Assembly: GCA_035221665.1 (NCBI GenBank)
Contig: CM069131.1
Span: forward strand, 81,344,001 to 81,408,000
Length of the DNA: 64,000 bases
Source of the DNA: Okamejei kenojei
Taxonomy: Eukaryota
Direction: 5' to 3'
The first letter of the stretch is position 1. Each line of letters opens with the position of its first letter. The notes beneath the pieces are model-generated. The model had not been told where the DNA came from and made no database searches. It worked only from the letters and a program-made list of their open reading frames with translations. The translations under genes were made by a program, and so were the position numbers. This document shows, in pieces, positions 13,100 to 25,639 of the stretch.

Positions 13100-14815
13100 A
13101 CACATAGAACATAGAAATTGGGTGCAGGAGTAGTAGGCCATTTCAGCTTCGAGCTGCACCGCATTTCAATATGATCATGGCTGATCATTCCAAACTCACG
13201 TATTCCTGTACCTGCCTTCTCTCTCTCATACCCCCTGATCCATTGCCACAAGGGCCACATCCAACTCCTCTTAAAATCATGGCCAACGAACTGGCCTCAA
13301 CTACTTCTGTGGCAGAGAATTCCACAGAACTTCAACCACTCTCTGATGGAGAAAAACGATTTTCTCAAACTCTGGTCCTAAAATGACTTCCCACCTTATC
13401 CTTTAAACTGTGATCACCTTGTCTGGACTTCCCCAACATCTGGGGAAACAATCTTCCTGCATCTAGCCTGTTCCAACCCTTAAGAATTTTGTAGTTCTCC
13501 TATGAGATCCCTCCCCTCAATCTTCCTAAATTCAGCAAGTACAAGCCGAGTCTTTCCAGTCTTTTCTTCATATGGGGAAGTCGTGCCTTCCCAGGAGATC
13601 AGTATGGTGAACCTCTCTCTGTACTTCCATCTTGGCAAGAATTGTCCTTTCCTCAGATTAGGAGACCAAATGTACGCAATATGCCGGTGTGGCCTCACCA
13701 AGGAACCCTCTGATAACTGCAGTAGAACTCCCTGCCCTTCTTGTACTCAAATCCTTTTGCTCATGAATGCGCAACCATTCTTTGCTTTCTTTCTTCACTG
13801 CGGGCAACCTGCATGCCTTCTTTCAATGACTGGTGACCATGACTCCCAGGTCTCGTTGTGCATCTCCCCTTTTCCTAAGTCGGGTCACCATTCAAATAAT
13901 AGTACTACTTTCCTGTTTTTTGCCACAAAGTGGTTAATAACCTCACCATTTATCCATTTATATTGCATCCTGCCATGCATTTGCCCACTCACCCAGTCTA
14001 TCCAAGTTCATCTTGCAGCCTCCTAGCATCCGTCCTCATATTGTGCAAAACTAAAACACTGCCCGCCCCCAGCTTCGTGTCATCCGCAAACCTTCGAGAT
14101 GTTGCATTTAATTACCCTCCGGTCCTCCTAAATCTTTAAGGTATATTGGTAATAAATAGCTGGGGTCCCAGCATGAAGCTTGCGGCCCCTCCCACTACGT
14201 CACTGCCTGCCAATCCTGAATAAGGACCCGTTCACTCCTACTCTTTGCTTCCTGTCTGCCAGCACAGTTCTCTATCCTACATCAATAATGTAACCACCTT
14301 AATACCATGTGCTTTTAAAGTTGCTATCACCAATCTTCTTATGTAGGGAATTTGTCGAAAGCTTGTCTCTGAATAAGTTCCAGATATAACATTCCTCTGC
14401 GTCTCCCTTATATCCACTACTAGTTACATCCTCAAAAAATTCAATATTAAGATTCTGTCAGGACATGAATCTTACGCCTTTCATAAATCCATGCTGACTT
14501 TGGCCATCTGATTTCACCACTTTCCAAATGTGCTTTGCTATCCCAAATCTTTAATAACTGATCTCTTGCAGTTTCCCCACTACAATGGTTAGGACTAACT
14601 GGTCTGTAATTCCCCGTTTTTCTCTCCCTCCCTTTTTCAAAGTGGCGTTTACTTTAGCTAGCCTCCAATTCCTCAGGAACTACTCCAGAAATCTAAAGAA
14701 GTTTTTGAAAAATTATCACTAAGGCATCTACCCGCTATGATTTCTGGGGCTACTTCCTTAAGTTACCCTGGGATGCAGCCTATATGGCCCGCCTGGGGAA
14801 TTATCAGCCTTTATT
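13100..14815 (-). mobile_element. CR1 LINE (about 1.7 kb, indel-rich)
   Basis: (CATAGAA)n tail at 13102, CR1 ORF2 motifs (FADDTK, VRPH) on the minus strand; many single-base insertions. Confidence 0.88.
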
Positions 14816-14817
14816 AA

Positions 14818-14819
<2 letters not shown>

Positions 14820-14853
<34 letters not shown>

Positions 14854-17800
14854 CCCCCCCGCCCCCCCCCATGCTGGGCCGTCCACACACATAACTACCC
14901 CCCTTGATATCTATATTAATATTATTATTTACTCCTTTTACCCCCATAAACCGCCCTATCTCACTGATGCATAAGCCCCCAAACTCGCAGGCGTGTCTAG
15001 GAGGGGGGGGTTTTGGTTTAGAGAATGAGAGGCCAGTTGAGAGAATGGGGAAGGAGGAGACAGGAGAGACGAGAGAAAGGCGGCACTAGAGCAGAGACGC
15101 ACAGTGAAGAGACAGACGGTGGAGGGGGTGTTGGAGATAGGGGGGGGGGGTGGAGAGGAGGGGATGAGAGAGATGGGAGGAGGAGAGAGGGGGAGGAGGA
15201 GAGGAAGAATAGAGGAAAGAGAGGGAGGTAAGAGTGGGGTGAGGGAATAGGAGGGAAGGCGAGGGAGGCTAGGCAGGGGATATGGAGGGGATGAGGTGGG
15301 GGGGAGGGGGTGGGCCGAGGGTGGGAAGGGAATGGGCGTGAAGGGAAGGATAGGGGGTTAGGTTAGGGGAGGGTGTAAGTGTAACGGCAAGGGGGTTTAG
15401 GGGGAGGGAGGTGTGGGGAGTGGAACAGGGGGATGAAGAGAGATGGGGACTGGGAGAGAGAGGGTGAGAGACAGATTGAGGGAGCCGAAATTCAATTGTG
15501 CATCACGCATTTCAGGTTGATTAACCATTCTCTCATGCACTGGAAAGCTGTCGGAAGCTCCCATGGATTTCAGGCCGAGCAGCCTGCTGAATTATCACCA
15601 TCCACACAATTAACCACCCTGCCTCTAACCACCCCCCTCCTGCCGACCACCCCCCTCCGAGCACCCCCCTCCGACCTCCCCCTCCCTCGCTGCTCCTGAC
15701 CACCCCCCTCCCCCTCCGACACCCCCCCTCCTCTTCCTCTCGCCGGACCCAACCCCCCTCCCGATTCCGACCACCCCCTCCCCCTCCTTGTCCAGACACC
15801 CCCCTCCCTTCCTGACCACCCTCATCCCTCTAACATCCCATCCCTCGCTAACCATTCCCCATCCCTCTCTCTAACCCCCCCCAACCCCCCCCCCCCCCCA
15901 CTACTCTCCCCCCCTCCTCTACTCCCTCTTCTCACCGCTCTCCCTCCCCTACTAAACGGGACCTCACGAAGCTGCTTACGTCACAATCCCCCAAAAAAGC
16001 CGCTTCTCTCTTGTTCATTTGGCAGCCCAGCTCCCCCACCCCCCCCACTCCAAAATAAGCACGCGCCCGCGCCTTCTCCCGCAGCTGGGAACTCACCCGC
16101 ACGCTCCAAACCCCCTCCGTTCTCAATATGGCTCGTGCCGTCGGGAAGTAGAGAAAGTAGAGATAAGGTGTTGTGTAGAGTTCCGCCTGGATCTCACTGC
16201 TGGGCGCAGCTCGCGACATAAGCCCCACTACGCCTGAGCGCCCCTTTCCCATCTCTGCCAGTGCTCCAGAGAGAGTCACAAGATCACAAGAAGCCACAAG
16301 CTCCACTCTATGCCGGTTTATTGCTTCTACACGATCGGGAGAAGTGTATAAGGCGACGGGCATGGGGTTTAATTAAGGCCCCCGACCGGTGGGGAGGTTG
16401 AAAGAGGGGGGACGTCGGAGGGATTGAGGGAGCGGACAGGAGAGGGAGTAGGTGGTTAGGGGAGTAGTGTTGCTCTTAGGGGAGTTAGGGCGGCGTGAGG
16501 GCTGTGAAGTGATATGGGGGAGGAATGGTTGAGGATGGAAGAGTGTGGGTAAATAATAGGAGGGAGAGGAGAGTGGGGGGTGGTTGGGTGTGATTAGGGA
16601 TGTGGGGAATAGTATGGACTGCCCCCACCCCTCTTCACCCTCACCCCCCTACTCTCCGCCCACATTACATTAAACACACTCACTACCCATCTTGATATTA
16701 ATTTAATATTTTGTTTAGATCTTTTACCCCGTAACCGCCATAGGCCACTGGACGCATAGCCCCCAACTCGCAGCGCGGTTGTCACAGAGAGGGTAGGGGG
16801 TGGCGTGGGGTGATAGAACTAGGGAAAATGGGGAGAGTGAGAGAGGCACAGAGAGAAGGGGAGAACAGGGAAAAGGAGTGGGTGGAGGATTGGCAAGGGA
16901 GGGTAGGCGGGGGGGGGAGTGTGGGGGAGGATGGAGGGGGTATGAGAGAGGATGGGGAAGAGGATGAGAGAGAGAGGGAAGGGTAGGAGGGGGACTGTGA
17001 GTGTCGCTCTGAGAGGGGGGTTAGGGAAGGGGGAGAGGGGAGCCGGAGGGAGACTGGGATAGAGGGGTGATAAGGAGGTTGTTTTAGGAAGCGGGAGCGG
17101 TGGGGGAAGGGATGGGCGGGGTGGGTGGCGAGGGAGAAGGTGGTGGGAGGGTGGAGGGTTGTGGAGGGGGAGGGGGAAGTGGGTTTAGGGGAGTGGCAGG
17201 TGCAGAGCAGGAGTACAGAGGAAGGGGGAGGGGAGGGGGAAAAGAGAGGGGGAGGGGGGAAGTGAGGGAGAGAGGAAAGAGAGTGGAGTTAGTGGGTGGG
17301 AGTGAGAGGGGGTATGAGAGATGACGGAGAGATAGGGGGGAGAGGTGGGGGGAAGGGAGGGGGGGGGCGGGCAGGTGGGTGTGAAGGGGGGTCAGGGGAG
17401 GGGGTGGAGTGGACGGGGATGGGTTGGCATTTGGAGGAGGGTTTGGGTGGAAGGGGGGGTTTAGGGGAGGGCAGGGGAGGAGAGGAAGGGGGGAGGAGAG
17501 AGGGGGGGGGAGAGGGAGGGGGGAGAGGGGGCTAGGGGGGAGGAGAGGGGGAGGGGGGGGGGGAGAGGGAGGTGGATACTAGAGGGGGGCAGGGGGAGAG
17601 AGTGAGAGGAGGTAGAGAGAGAGAAGAGAGGGAGAAAAGATGTGAGAGAAGAGAGGGGGAGGGAGAGCGGGGGGCATGTGAGAAGGGGTGAAAGTGAGCG
17701 GGGTTTAGGAGAGATTGAGGCTTGGGGACTGTTTATTTTGCAGAGAATGAGAGAGAGGAAGGAGCGAGACCGGACTTGGATTGTGGGGCGAGGGAGTTGG

Positions 17801-20366
17801 AGAGAGGGGTTAAGGTTTAGTGAGAAGGGGATTGGCAGATTGACGGAGGTGGAGGGAGGATGGCCGTGAGAGGGATCGAGGGGGGAGGGAAAGAGAGTGC
17901 GTGAGTTAGAGGAGGGAGAGAGCGAGGAGGGCGGGAGGGAGAGAGGGGCGGAAGGGACGTTGACGAGGAGGGGGGGGGGGGAGATAGAGAGTGCGAGAGG
18001 GACGGATTAGGGAGAGAGAGACTGGGGATGAGAGTTGGGAGAGGGCGGAGGGGGGCGAGGGAAGAGAGGGGGAGGGAGGGAGAGAGGGGCTGAGAGATGG
18101 GGGGATTGGGCGGAGATGTTGAGGTGACGAGTGGGGAGAAAAGAGAGACGAGGCGGGGCCGAGAGAGTGGGGGGGGAGGGGAGGGCTGTGAGTGAGAGAG
18201 AGTTCGAGTGAGGATTGAGGAGGGGTATAGGGGGATTGTGCGAGGAGCAGAGAGAGGGGCGGGAGGGACAGAGGAGCGGGGGGTGGAGGGTGGTGATGCG
18301 GAGAGAAGAGAAAGGGGTGAGAGATGGAGAAAAGAGAGATGAGGTGGAGAGAGAGAGTGGGGGAGAGAGAGGGGTTAGGGTAGTTTTAGAGGAGCGCGCT
18401 GGGAGAGCTGAGGGGCGGGTGTCGCAGGGGAGGGCCGCGAGAGGGTGGGTTGGAGCGCGTAGAGAGAAAAGAAAAGGAAGGAGAGGAGAGAGAGGGGCCT
18501 GGCGCCGGCGGAGAGAGTGCGAGCAGAGGGGGCTAGATGAATTTTTCGTTTGAGAAGGAGAAGGGGGGAGGAGACGGGAGACGAGAGTTCGGTGGGGGTT
18601 TTTAGAGATTTAGAGTAGAGAGTGAGGCTCCAAAGAGAAAGGGCAGAGACAGAAGAGAAGGGCAATGAGACAGTGGCGCTGGGATGGAGGGAGGGAGGAG
18701 TGAGACGGGGAGTGGTTGGTGAGTGGTGAGGGAGTGAACGAGGGGGTCTCTGGAGAGGCGGCCGAAAAGGAGGAGAAGGGAAAGTGAATGATAGGGGGAA
18801 GGGGGGGAGATGGGGGGGAGGTGGAGGTTGAATGGGAGGCCGTGGGGAGGGGATTTGGGGGTAGGGTGGGACGAACAGAGGGGAAGAATGGGGAGAGCGA
18901 GGAGGATGATTGGGATTGGGGAGGGGGAGCGTGAGGGTGAGAGGGGTCGGTAGGGGAGAGAGCGGGGATAGTGTGGGGAGGGAAGGGGAGGAGGGGGTGG
19001 GGGCTGTCCCCATTTCCCCCACCATCACTCACCCCCACTCATCTCCCTCTATTCCCACACTCTCCCTCCTCTCCCTCAATCCCCTGACTCCCCCTCTTCA
19101 CCTCCCCAGGATCGGGCCTTACCCCGCCCGCCCTTCGCCTTATCTCCTCTCCCGATCTGCAGAGTATGCCGGCGTGAGAGTGGAGCTGTTGGCTTGTGAC
19201 CAAAGATCCTGCTTGTGAGTCTCTGGAGCGCGCAGAGGACGGGAGGGGTGCGCAGGCGGGCGGGGGTTAGCGAACTGCGCCTGCTGTGAGTTCAGCGGAA
19301 CTGACACCTTATCTCACTTCCCGATCAGCAGACCATTTTGAGAATGGGGGGGTTTGGAGCGGGCGGGTGCACGGGCGATCCTGCTGCGGGAGGCGCGGCG
19401 CGTGTGTAGTTGGAGATGGGGGGCGGAGCCAGGCTGCCAAATGAAGAGAGAGAAGCGGTTTGGGATTGGTCGGCATGTGGGATTGTGACGTAAGTAGCTC
19501 GTGAAGTCCGTTTCGATTTAAAAATGAGTTAGTGGCGCTGTGGGGGGAAGGGGGGGGGGAGGATTTTATTTAAAAATGTGTACATAAAAATGTCTAAATG
19601 TAATGATCAGTAAATCTGTGAATGTAAAAGCGAAATCACTAGCGAAATGGAAAAAAAAACACGGTTTGAGCGTCTGGTTTTGGCGTACCATGGAATCAAA
19701 GGCCAAAAATCTAATCTGAAAAAAAAAGGAATGTGACATACAGATTCCTGCTTGTGATTCTCTAGAGCGCACAGAGGACTAGAGGGGTGCGCAGACGGGC
19801 GGGGCTTCACGAGCTGCACCAGCTGTGAGTTCAGCGGAACTTACGCCTTATCTCTCCTCCCGATCGGCAGAGCGGTTTGAGAATGTGGAGGGGTGGGGGG
19901 GTTTTGGAGCGGGCGATACTAGCTGCAGGAGGCGCGGTGTGGGAGCATAGTTGGGGGGGGGTTTGAACACTGTGCGCGGGCGAGTCCTGCTGTGGGAGGC
20001 GCGGCGTGTGTTGTAGTTGGAGGAGGAGGTGAGGGGGGAGCCGGGCTGTTCAAATGAAGAGGAGTGAAGCGGCTTGGATGGTCCCGGCAGTGGTGGGATT
20101 GGTGACGTCAGCAGGCTCGTGAGGTCCCAATTTCGATTTCAAATGAGTGAGTGTGGGTGAGAGGGGGGGGGGCGGGGGGGGGGGGCTCGGGGGTGGAGGA
20201 TTTTATTTAGAAAAATGTGAGCTTGTACATATAAATGTCTAAGTGTAATGAGGAGTGAATCCGTGAATGTAAAAGCGAAATCGTAGCAAAATGGAAAAAA
20301 ATCAGAGTTTTTGCGGCATGTTTAGGGCGGACCAGAATTTGATCTAAGGCCAAAAATCTTATCTGA
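14820..20366. repeat. G/C-skewed low-complexity repeat block with duplicated and inverted subunits
   Basis: Long purine-rich (G/A) and C-rich tracts; related units at about 14870-15030 and 16610-16800; a unit of about 550 bp at 19190-19730 and 19733-20366 with an inverted copy at about 15950-16240; ends at an N gap. Confidence 0.75.
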
Positions 20367-20556
20367 NNNNNNNNNNNNNNNNNNNNNNNNNNNNNNNNNN
20401 NNNNNNNNNNNNNNNNNNNNNNNNNNNNNNNNNNNNNNNNNNNNNNNNNNNNNNNNNNNNNNNNNNNNNNNNNNNNNNNNNNNNNNNNNNNNNNNNNNNN
20501 NNNNNNNNNNNNNNNNNNNNNNNNNNNNNNNNNNNNNNNNNNNNNNNNNNNNNNNN
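20367..20556. other. Assembly gap (190 N)
   Basis: Run of N. Confidence 1.
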
Positions 20557-20567
20557 TGCATCCTGTG

Positions 20568-20918
20568 TCGCACACACACACACACATTCACACACACGTG
20601 CACACACACACATACACACACTTACACACACACACCCACACACACAGGGCCACATTACACACTCACACTATACACACTCACCCACACAGCCCACACACAC
20701 AACGCACACCACGTGCACACACAACCACACACACACACATCCACAACACACACACACCACACACACACACACACGCACAGCCGCCCACGTGCACAACACA
20801 CACACACCCCCACACCACACAGCCGGACACACACACAGCCGGACACACACGGAGTTTTAAAAAGTAGATAGATTAGATAGATAGATAGATAGATAGATAG
20901 ATGATAGATGATAGATAG
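20568..20918. repeat. (CA)-rich tract followed by (GATA)n microsatellite
   Basis: Degenerate CA repeat 20568-20850; TAGA repeats 20865-20918. Confidence 0.9.
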
Positions 20919-21989
20919 ACTGTTTGTTGTCATTAAACAGTTGGTTTTAAAATACATATTAAGAAATAAAGAAACTACAATCATCAAATACACTAAGACT
21001 AAAAAAGTTTTTTTCTAGCCTTCCTCATTGCAAAATCATCCAGAAGTTCATCAAAATATTTTGTTTGTCTATGTTGGTCACTCTCAATGCACAGAATGCT
21101 CTGTGCAGACAACCTCTCTTGAGACATCGTGGCCCTTAATTCATTTTTAATTCTTTTGAGTCTTGAAAAAGACCTCTCTCCCGAGCAGTTAGTGACCATT
21201 AAGCTAAGAAACAGCCGCAGATTGCTGCCACATTAGGGAAGGCCATCTGAGTTGTTTCCTTGTATATAATTTGATAAAGGTCTGTATGAATCAGAGAGTG
21301 CTCTTCTGTATGCCTATGGCTTTGTCTCACGTACGATGTGAAAGTGCAAAAAGTATCTCTTATCAGTGATTTCAGGGTCAACATCTTCTGGGTATGCTTC
21401 CATCAACAGTTCAATACCTTGCTGAAATTCTGGCTTAGATGTTGTCAGATTAGCAAGAAAGGAAAACATTTGTGCTACATCACTGTACACAGTAGCTCTT
21501 CTTCTTAAATTGGTTTCAAGTGCATCTAGTATAGGAATAAAGGATTTTATCCTAAACTTATCTCTTGAAGAGTTTATCTAAAGCATCAGGACCTGGTGCA
21601 CTTCCATCATTTCCTTGCCATTTCCTTACTCTTTGTCTCCTTGTGACAGTTATGTAGTTAACATTTGGCAAGGTGGCCTTTGCTTGTTGCTCAAGCTCAT
21701 CAAAATCTCTAATTTTGCTTTAAGAAATTCTGAAGTGAACTGTACAAACTTGCACACTCAATAACAGTTTTGATTTCTGAATGGCTTTGTTGACCTTGTG
21801 AAAGTAACCTAGCACGCGGGTCCAAAAATGCAGCATAACACAAATTCCAGTTCTTCCATTTTCTGCAAAAGATTGTTAGCTTGAAGCCTGGTGTCACCCT
21901 TCACATTAACATCAGAGTACAAATGACTGAGGACATCAGTGATAGCACTGTAACTTTCCAAAATGCTTTTGCATTTGCCTTTCACCTAG

Positions 21990-22115
21990 TATCTTCTTCT
22001 TCTTCCTCTTGCATGTGGCGTGCACGGCCTAAAGTTGCGGGACAACTTGTTCTATTTGATCTTATTTGATTGTGCACACCAGGTTGATTGCATTAGTCGA
22101 AACAGGTTGGTTCAC
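21990..22115 (-). mobile_element. Short retroposon 3' fragment with (GAA)n tail inserted in the hAT
   Basis: Interrupts the transposase remnant and ends in AAGAGGAAGAAGAAGAAG on the minus strand. Confidence 0.4.
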
Positions 22116-22575
22116 CTTGACTGAGGTTGCAAAAATGATTTTAGAACTGCCCATCTCTTTGTGGAGAATGAAAAGAAGGTATACATTTCATTGATAATTC
22201 CAAAACAGTTCACGGCATCGGCAGTAATCAACAGCCGAACGGCCCACAAAATGTAATGAGTGGATGGAATAAATCTCGCAAATTTGTTTTTATCGATGAT
22301 TTTTTGCTGCATACCCTTGTACCTACCGGCCATGTTGGCAGCATTGTCATAAGACTGCCCTCGGCATTTTCTAAAGTCAATTTCAAGCTCAGTAGTGAGA
22401 TAGGTAAACACTAAATCAGCCATGCATCCTCCTGAGTGGCCTTTTAGCTCAAGGAAATCTTTTTTTTTTCTGTATAATATTTGGGAAATATTTCTTAAAG
22501 AATTGTTCCTTATTGACAATTATATTGCAAAATCTGAATCAAATCTGCTTCAAAAAAACCATTTACAAAACAAGT

Positions 22576-22667
22576 CTGAAGAAGGGTCTCGACCCGAAAC
22601 GTCGCCTATCTCCTTCGCTCCTTAGATGCTGCTGCACCCGCTGAGTTTCTCCAGCTTTTTGTGTACC
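22576..22667 (+). mobile_element. 92-bp Penelope-derived element with minimal hammerhead ribozyme core
   Basis: CTGAAGA-A-GGGT(CTCG)ACCC-GAAAC-GTC at 22576-22603; flanked by the 12-bp direct repeat TACAAAACAAGT (22564-22575, 22668-22679). Confidence 0.8.
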
Positions 22668-23607
22668 TACAAAACAAGTATGCTTTTTCCTATCGTTATG
22701 CTACAAATAAGCTTAGTTTTATTACTAACCTGACAGTGGCAGCCACAGCACTACACAGTAGGTTTCTAGCAATGATTATCAGCTCTACCCCTAGCATTGC
22801 TCCTTGCCAACTTCCTACTTCAAATATCTTTGCACTTTCCTACTTACCCCTGAGTTTTGACTTTTGAAGCCTGCAAGTATCCAAAGATGTTCCCTGCACC
22901 TGCCATCGCTGCTTACTGGAGCACTTGTAAAAGTTTGCAGGACCCCGGTGCCACCAGATTGACACCGATGTGCAGCCGAGCGTGGCCAATGAGATAAGGG
23001 GTTGGAAAGCTGCGCTTTTTATTTATTTATTAATTGCCAGTGCTAGTGTCGAGTTATCGGCTTAAAACAGTATTATTCTGAAATGGAGGGCCAGGAAAAT
23101 TACTGAAGGGTTGTTTAGTGACTATAGTGCATTATGACAGCATATGCAAGAAAGGCCTATGACAGTGTCATAAATGTTATACACCTTGGCCAGAGGACCC
23201 CTAGATTTTGAGGCCCTAGGCTTCAGCCTGCTAAACCATGAGGTAAATCCTGGACTGGCCGAAGAGAGGGAGGGGGGGAAAGGTGGAGGGAGGGAGAGTG
23301 GGAGGGAGAGAGAGCAGAAACTGAGACATGAGAGCAGGTTGAAAAAACGAAGACAACGAAAGAAGTTGGAGGTTACAAAAGCTGCCTTGTATAACACTGT
23401 ACAAGTGAGTAACAGAAGCAGGCAGATAGTGTAGTTACATAGATCTTTTTTGCCTTGTTTTTCTTTGTGTTGTTAATGTGTGCCCGCAAAAAAACCCAAC
23501 AAATAGCACGCAGGAAGCATTTTTGAAATTTCAGGAAATACCTTAAAAATCCAGGAAATTTGGGATTCTATTTAAGGATTTTTTTTTATGAGGTGTGGAA
23601 GCATTGG

Positions 23608-23718
23608 GTCATGGGGAGAACGTACAAACTCCATACAGTCAGCACCCATCGACAGGATTGAACCTGGGGCTCTGGTGCTGTAATATAACAACTCTACTGC
23701 TGCGCCACTGTGCTGCCT
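23608..23718 (-). mobile_element. V-SINE head fragment
   Basis: GGGGAGAACGTACAAACTCC...CAACTCTACTGCTGCGCCACTGTGCTGCC. Confidence 0.75.
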
Positions 23719-23987
23719 GTAAATTCTGAATGTATTGTATCCAGAGGAGAAAAGGTTCTTATTTTGATTAACTCGATTGGTTATCTGTATACATGTGTGT
23801 TTATGGATTTTTTTCCACATACAAAAGTGATTTGTGGAATCCAAAAGAGTGAATTCCCATGACCAGAACTGCTGATATGTGGCGGGTTTCACTGTATCTG
23901 GCTTTCCCCGCATTGATTCTGTCTGAAATGATCAAAGCGGTATGTATATATTTTAATTATATAAAACAAAATCTCGCTTTACTATAG

Positions 23988-24058
23988 GAAGGAAACAGCC
24001 GCGTTCAATTCAGCTTCAGAGATTTCATAAAGATGTCGCTGTGCAAACCAAAGAAGAG
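23988..24058 (+). CDS. Ig-superfamily receptor, cytoplasmic exon
   Basis: TTTACTATAG| ... GAG|GTAAAC; 71 nt, phase 1-0, RKQPRSIQLQRFHKDVAVQTKEE; phase fits the terminal exon. Confidence 0.6.
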
Positions 24059-24154
24059 GTAAACCCTTATCCATAAATTTATCCTTTTAAATTTTGTATT
24101 GAAGGTGCTACAGAATGCTATATTGCCCATTACACATTACTTTATTTATTTCAC

Positions 24155-24525
24155 AAGTTATAAGAGTAGAATTAGGCCATTCGGCCCATCGAGTCTACTC
24201 CGCCATTCATTCATGGTTGATCTCTGCCTCCCAATCCCATTTTCCTGCTTTCTCCTCATAACCCTTGACACCCATTCTAATCAAGAATTTGTCTATCCCT
24301 GCCTTAAAAATATCCACTGACACCCTCCACAGCTCATAGCAATGAGTTCCACAGATTATTTACACTCTGACTAAAGAAGTTCCTCCTTTCTAAAATAATG
24401 CCCTTTAATTCTGAGGCTATGACCTTTTGTCCAACACTCTCCCACCAGTGGAAACATCTATTCCACCCACTCTATCTAAACCTTCTTTAAGTTTCATGAG
24501 GACCCCCCAACCTTCTAAACGCGAT
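24155..24525 (-). mobile_element. CR1 LINE 3' end
   Basis: AGTAGAATTAGGCCATTCGGCCCATCGAGTCTACTCC CR1 3' UTR plus the ORF2 tail. Confidence 0.8.
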
Positions 24526-25465
24526 GGGCTAAATGTCCTAATTCTGCTCCTATATCTTATGGCTGTGGTTGACTAGGCCCCAAAACTGTGTACAATGTCA
24601 ATGAGCATTTTTGTGGGATGAGTTATGGTGCGGATCAGGGTCATGCTTAACTTGCACACTTTGATAACACCCGTCAGAATCAAACTGATATTATTTCAGA
24701 TTAGTTTAGTATCAGTTAATATGCAACACTAATTCAATACCAGTGCTGCTAATTTGGAGTTTAATGTTCCAGATTATTATGCATGATTGAACATGTTTAT
24801 CAGAAATAAACACTCCTGTCTCACTCCACCCCCTATCCCCGCCATGTTGCCCAACCATCTCAAACCATCATGGAATAGGCTTCTGCCTGGACCAACAAAG
24901 GATTAAGGTCATGCTCAAAAATCTGCCTAAACTGCAGCAACTCACCACCCATCCCTAATTTAAGAGGTGGGGGTATGGCTGAGCAAATTTTGCAACCTTT
25001 GCTGAAGCACCCAGCAATTGCGTTTCGCAATAATGCTGATTAGCAAACAATCAGAGCAGATATGGTGTCTGCATTGGAAATATGGTCAATGGTTAACCCC
25101 AAATCACAATAGCACTCCCATTTTCAGGACTTTTGAATTTCACATGCGCTTCCAAATCCCCACTCCCGAACTGTGTTCACTTATTACCTACGACATTGGA
25201 GCAGAATTAGGCCATTCAGTCTATTCTGCATTCCATCATGGCTGATCCATTTTTCCTTCTCAATGCCATTCTCCTGCCTTCTCTGTGTAACCTTTGACGC
25301 CCTTCAAAATCAGAAGCCAATCATTCTCCGAGAACTCAGAGAATCACCCTGCAAGAACTTGTTCAATGTTTCAATACCTGATATCATTTTAATATCTGTT
25401 GATTAATTTTACTGATTTCTAAATGATGAGTATTATGAATAATATTAGCAATTTCTCATTTATAG

Positions 25466-25639
25466 GATTTGGAACATGGAAATTATTGGAACAAAAATAT
25501 TGATGCCACCTATGCCACCATTGATCATACTAGGCGACTACCTAAACCACCAGTAAATCCAAGAAACACATCCATGCAGTTTACAGAAACTCCCTCGATG
25601 AGGCATCAACCATATACAAATTTCCATGTGACATATTGA
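25466..25639 (+). CDS. Ig-superfamily receptor, terminal cytoplasmic exon with tyrosine motifs
   Basis: TTTCTCATTTATAG| phase 0; DLEHGNYWNKNIDATYATIDHTRRLPKPP...YTNFHVTY*; ATYATI is ITIM/ITSM-like. Confidence 0.65.
   Translation, partial: DLEHGNYWNKNIDATYATIDHTRRLPKPPVNPRNTSMQFTETPSMRHQPYTNFHVTY

Larger units (their letters stand above)
20950..23257 (-). mobile_element. Decayed hAT DNA transposon (ZMYM1-like transposase type)
   Basis: Minus ORFs: CRGQSYDNAANMAGRYKGMQ (22112..22519) and the hAT dimerisation motif VTNCSGERSFSRLKRIKNELRATMSQERLS (20999..21199); terminus CAGTCCAGGATTTACC at 23257. Confidence 0.85.

Noticed and set aside
14900-19220. Many Gly/Arg/Glu- or Pro-rich ORFs
   Set aside because: Artefacts of low-complexity G/A and C/T tracts; no splice structure or domain signature.
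22010-22115. U2 snRNA-like fragment (GCAATCAACCTGGT on the minus strand)
   Set aside because: Only a short similarity; the rest does not match U2 and ends in a (GAA)n retroposon tail.
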